A stretch of 56,830 nucleotides of DNA from a virus. Lineage: Duplodnaviria; Caudoviricetes. The stretch spans positions 1-56,830 of the IMG/VR virus record IMGVR_UViG_3300025327_000035. One strand, 5' to 3'. The position numbers and the translations under genes are program-made. How positions within the stretch are numbered: the stretch's first letter is position 1; the number at the start of each line of letters is the position of its first letter. Shown piece after piece: positions 53,579 through 56,830 of this stretch. Under the pieces are notes generated by a model. It was not told where the DNA came from. It did not search any database and worked only from the letters and a program-made list of their open reading frames with translations.

Positions 53579-56404
53579 ATGCCTTACGAGATCAGAGAAG
53601 AGAACGGCAAATTCTGCCTCTACAAGGAGTCCGGCGGCGATTCGCTGGGATGCCACGAGTCGCGCGATGCGGCGATGGCACAGATGCGCGCCATTTACGC
53701 CAACGAGGCCACTCAAGAAAATCTCGTCCTGGCTGATAGCGATTTGAGCGCCGGCCGGCGCGTCTTCGAGTTGGATACCAGCGACCCCGGCTTCTTCACC
53801 AACTGCATGAGCGACGCCGAGATGGTGGAGCACTACGGGGACGAGGAACGCCGCGCCCGTGTGTGCGCCACGCTCCACAAGAAAATCACCGGCATCTCCC
53901 CCGTTGAGCACGAGAGCGTGAATCCGGCCATGGCTCAGGAATCCTTCACCGCCCAGCGCGTCACCCTCTCTGACATCCACTTCGGCGCGCCGGCTGACAA
54001 AACCGGCCGCTCGTGGGACGTCATCATTATCGGGCCTGAGAAGCCTGACGATGTAGTGACCGTGGATGGCACAACGTATGTCCGCTCGAAAAACGGCAGG
54101 CTCTGGTCGGCGACGGCACTCGAGGCCGCGGTCCCAATGTTCGAGGGCGCCAAGAGTTACGACGACCACCTGACTGACGCAGAATTCGCACAGCGCGGCG
54201 GCATGCGTCCGCCCGGGCGTGATTGGCTCGGCTCATTCGTCAATGTGCATTGGGACCGCGTCGCAAACAGCCTGCGCGCCGTGTTCAAGGTCGTCGACGA
54301 CGCCTTCGCACGCAAGCTCGTCCGTGCGCAAGAGGGCGACGTCCTCAACACGATCGGCCTGAGCATTGACGTGCTCCGCGACTTCGTTCGCCGGCGCATC
54401 GGTGAGTCGGTTGTGGAATTGGTTCACAAGATCACCCGCGTCATTTCGGTGGACGCGGTAGGCGATCCAGCAGCAGGCGGTCGATTCGTCCGTGCGCTGG
54501 AATCCATTCAACACGTGCAGCACGCACGGGAGGCAAACATGGAAGAGGTTCTCAATCAGGTCGAGCAATTGATCGCAGCGGTCGACGCCAGCATGCTGCC
54601 GGATGAAGCGAAGGCCAAGCTCAAGGCGCTACTGGAAGAGATTAAGGCGGGACTGGCCGCACCCCCTGAGGAGGGCATGCCAGCCGAGGAAATCCCACAG
54701 GCGCAAGAGGCGAAGATCGCGGCGGCGAAATATGCGCTCCGCACGATCGAGTCTGTGGTCAAGGCCGCTGGCGTGAAGCCGGCGCCGGTCTCTGCGCCAG
54801 CCATCCCGGGCCTGGCCGAAGTGCAGCGCATCCTCGACGAGGCCAAGCGCGCATCCGAGGCAGCCAAGCACGAAGCCGATCGCATCCTCGAGGCGGCCAA
54901 GATCGCCCAGGCGCAACAGACACTTGATGCGATGCTGGCCGGCTCGGGCCTGCCCGAGCCGATCCGCAAGCTGATCCACAAGCAGTATGCCGGCCGCGCC
55001 TTCGAGGCCACCGATCTCCAGGTGATCATCGAAGATCATCGCACCGCGCAGTTGGCAATCGACGAGAGCGGCCAGGGCCAGGTCACAGGTCACGGCGGCG
55101 CGCGTCCTCGCGTCAAGGTCGGCGTCAACGAGGCCGACCAGTTCACGCTCGGATTCGTGCGCCGGGTGTGGGGTCCGAACGGCCTGCGGAAGTTCCGCGA
55201 GGCGCTGGGCATGAAGTGGAAGGATGGCGCTCCAGTGATCGGCAACGGCCAGGACGCGGCGCAAGACCCATCCTTCGCGCTGGCCGTGCGCGCAATCGAG
55301 GGCTGGAAGGCCGGCGGCTTCTCGATGTCGTCCGTGCCACTCTACACCGGCCTCGACGAGTGGTACTGGGACCTGACCGGCGGCGGCGACCGCAACCAGG
55401 CCGATTTCTTCGGCGAAGGCCGGTTCAGCGCCCGGGCGCTGGAAGCGAATCTTAGCACCGGAACGCTCGCCTCGATCGTAAAAAACGCGGTCAACGTTTT
55501 ACTCGCGGCAGATTACGCTGTGCAAGAGCAGTGGTGGGCTGATCTCGTCGAGGAGATGGACGTCGACACCTACGATACGGCGACTCTTGTTCGCCTGTTC
55601 GGTGTGTCGGCGCTTTCCGTGGTCAATGAGGGTGCGGCCTATCCCGAGATCGATTGGGAAGACGAGGAGGAGACAGCCACGGGAGTCAAGCGCGGGAATA
55701 CCGTAGGGATTACACTCGAAACCTTCCTGCGCGACAAGATCAAGAAACTCCAAACCATGCCGGAGCGTCTCAGTAAATCCTGGTACAACACCATCGCCGA
55801 TCGCGTGGCGCAGGTGTTCACCACCAACAGCGCAGCCGGCCCGGTGCTGTCGGACTCTGGCGCGCTATTCAACGCGACGGCCGCGACCAGCGCGGGCGGC
55901 CATGCGAATCTGCTGACGGCGGCGCTGGCTTACGCCGCGCTCGACGCAGCGGTGACGGCGATGAAGAAACAAACCGATCAGCCGCTCGGCGCCGGTCGGC
56001 GACTCGGCGTGGAGAACTTCCCCATACATTTGCTGACCCCCATCGATCTCACCACAGCAGGAGAGAGAATCATCAACAGCGACAAGATCCCGGGCAGCGC
56101 CAACAATGACGACAACCCGTACTATAAGAAGATCAAGGTAACGGAGATCCCGGTATGGACAGATGCGACGGACTGGGCATTGCTCGCCAAGCCGGGCGGC
56201 GTCAGCCCGATCAAGCTCATTTGGCTGCGCGGCAAGCGCACGCCGGAGCTGTTCGAGGCGCGTACCGAAGAGGGCGGATTGCTTCTCACTAACGATACGA
56301 TTCTCTACAAGGTCCGCCAGTTCGGCTTCGAGTTCTCGTCTACGTATCGGGTGGCTCCGGTCGCCGACTGGCGCTCGATTCACAAGAGCAACGTGGCCGG
56401 GTAA
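53579..56404 (+). CDS. Prohead protease - scaffold - major capsid fusion (Mu gpI/gpT-like)
   Basis: SKNGRLW, YDDH, IGLSI, SVDAVGDPAAGG protease motifs; helical scaffold; capsid motifs VNEGAAYPE, KRGNTVGITLE, MKKQTD, YKVRQ. Confidence 0.9.
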   Translation: MPYEIREENGKFCLYKESGGDSLGCHESRDAAMAQMRAIYANEATQENLVLADSDLSAGRRVFELDTSDPGFFTNCMSDAEMVEHYGDEERRARVCATLHKKITGISPVEHESVNPAMAQESFTAQRVTLSDIHFGAPADKTGRSWDVIIIGPEKPDDVVTVDGTTYVRSKNGRLWSATALEAAVPMFEGAKSYDDHLTDAEFAQRGGMRPPGRDWLGSFVNVHWDRVANSLRAVFKVVDDAFARKLVRAQEGDVLNTIGLSIDVLRDFVRRRIGESVVELVHKITRVISVDAVGDPAAGGRFVRALESIQHVQHAREANMEEVLNQVEQLIAAVDASMLPDEAKAKLKALLEEIKAGLAAPPEEGMPAEEIPQAQEAKIAAAKYALRTIESVVKAAGVKPAPVSAPAIPGLAEVQRILDEAKRASEAAKHEADRILEAAKIAQAQQTLDAMLAGSGLPEPIRKLIHKQYAGRAFEATDLQVIIEDHRTAQLAIDESGQGQVTGHGGARPRVKVGVNEADQFTLGFVRRVWGPNGLRKFREALGMKWKDGAPVIGNGQDAAQDPSFALAVRAIEGWKAGGFSMSSVPLYTGLDEWYWDLTGGGDRNQADFFGEGRFSARALEANLSTGTLASIVKNAVNVLLAADYAVQEQWWADLVEEMDVDTYDTATLVRLFGVSALSVVNEGAAYPEIDWEDEEETATGVKRGNTVGITLETFLRDKIKKLQTMPERLSKSWYNTIADRVAQVFTTNSAAGPVLSDSGALFNATAATSAGGHANLLTAALAYAALDAAVTAMKKQTDQPLGAGRRLGVENFPIHLLTPIDLTTAGERIINSDKIPGSANNDDNPYYKKIKVTEIPVWTDATDWALLAKPGGVSPIKLIWLRGKRTPELFEARTEEGGLLLTNDTILYKVRQFGFEFSSTYRVAPVADWRSIHKSNVAG

Positions 56405-56465
56405 TCCAAACAACGACCGATGACGGGTAGGGCAGAGTTCCGCCCTACCCTGCCGGAGAAAACAC

Positions 56466-56830
56466 ATGAACTTCGATCTCAGGGGCATCAAGGGCATTCT
56501 CGTCTCACTCGCCGCCGCAGTCGCGCTGGTGTTGTCCGTGCTGAATGCCGTGATCGGTGTTCTGCCGGGTGATGTCGAGACGCTCGGCACGACCAATTTC
56601 GACACGCTTCAGGTCGAGTCTGGCTCAGCATCTGCGCCATCGCTATCGTTCACCGACGACCCGGACGTTGGTCTCTTCAGGCGGGCGGCTAATACGCTGG
56701 GTCTGACCGTCGGCGGCTCAGAGGTCGTGAGTATTACGTCCAGCGGCCTCAACCTGGAAGGCGTCGCGTTCAACGGGCCAGTCGTCCTGTTTGGCGGCCT
56801 GGTATCCAACGCCGTAACGCTAGCGCATGG
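56466..56830 (+). CDS. 5' part of the origin-spanning protein (N-terminal hydrophobic helix)
   Basis: GGAG RBS; MNFDLRGIKGILVSLAAAVALVLSVL...; continues at position 142. Confidence 0.8.
   Translation, partial: MNFDLRGIKGILVSLAAAVALVLSVLNAVIGVLPGDVETLGTTNFDTLQVESGSASAPSLSFTDDPDVGLFRRAANTLGLTVGGSEVVSITSSGLNLEGVAFNGPVVLFGGLVSNAVTLAH
56690..56830. repeat. Terminal direct repeat, right copy
   Basis: Matches 1-141 with one mismatch. Confidence 0.97.

Overview
The window is a complete, circularised tailed-phage genome of about 56.7 kb; positions 1-141 are repeated at 56690-56830. It is GC-rich, siphovirus-like and probably temperate. The host is probably in the Chloroflexota, which is an inference from a C-terminal FLPVVLR motif, a Thr-Pro linker protein and a tRNA(CAT) half. 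Nearly all genes are on the + strand. The order is neck/tail/tape-measure/baseplate/fibre (1-15 kb), a GT87-like membrane moron, an early region (DdrB-like SSB, LuxR HTH, LMW phosphatase, ParB-Dam, nuclease, DUF5131), replication initiator + DnaC, a membrane-protein + FtsK module, a HerA-like ATPase, a minus-strand tyrosine recombinase, a lysis cassette with a PAS-PAS protein, terminase, portal, an 8-kb block of fibre/adhesin-like genes, MuF and a protease-scaffold-capsid fusion. Four observations stand out. (1) A promoter-bearing 5' half tRNA(CAT) looks like an inverted-logic attP and sits between an early promoter and the replication operon, in a genome with no recognisable cI. (2) A TraB/Spd/clt-like FtsK module carries clustered 9-bp repeats. 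(3) An output-less tandem PAS protein is coupled into the lysis cassette. (4) Two families of repeated non-coding leader motifs suggest antitermination control. All functional calls come from motifs read by eye; no database searches were run.
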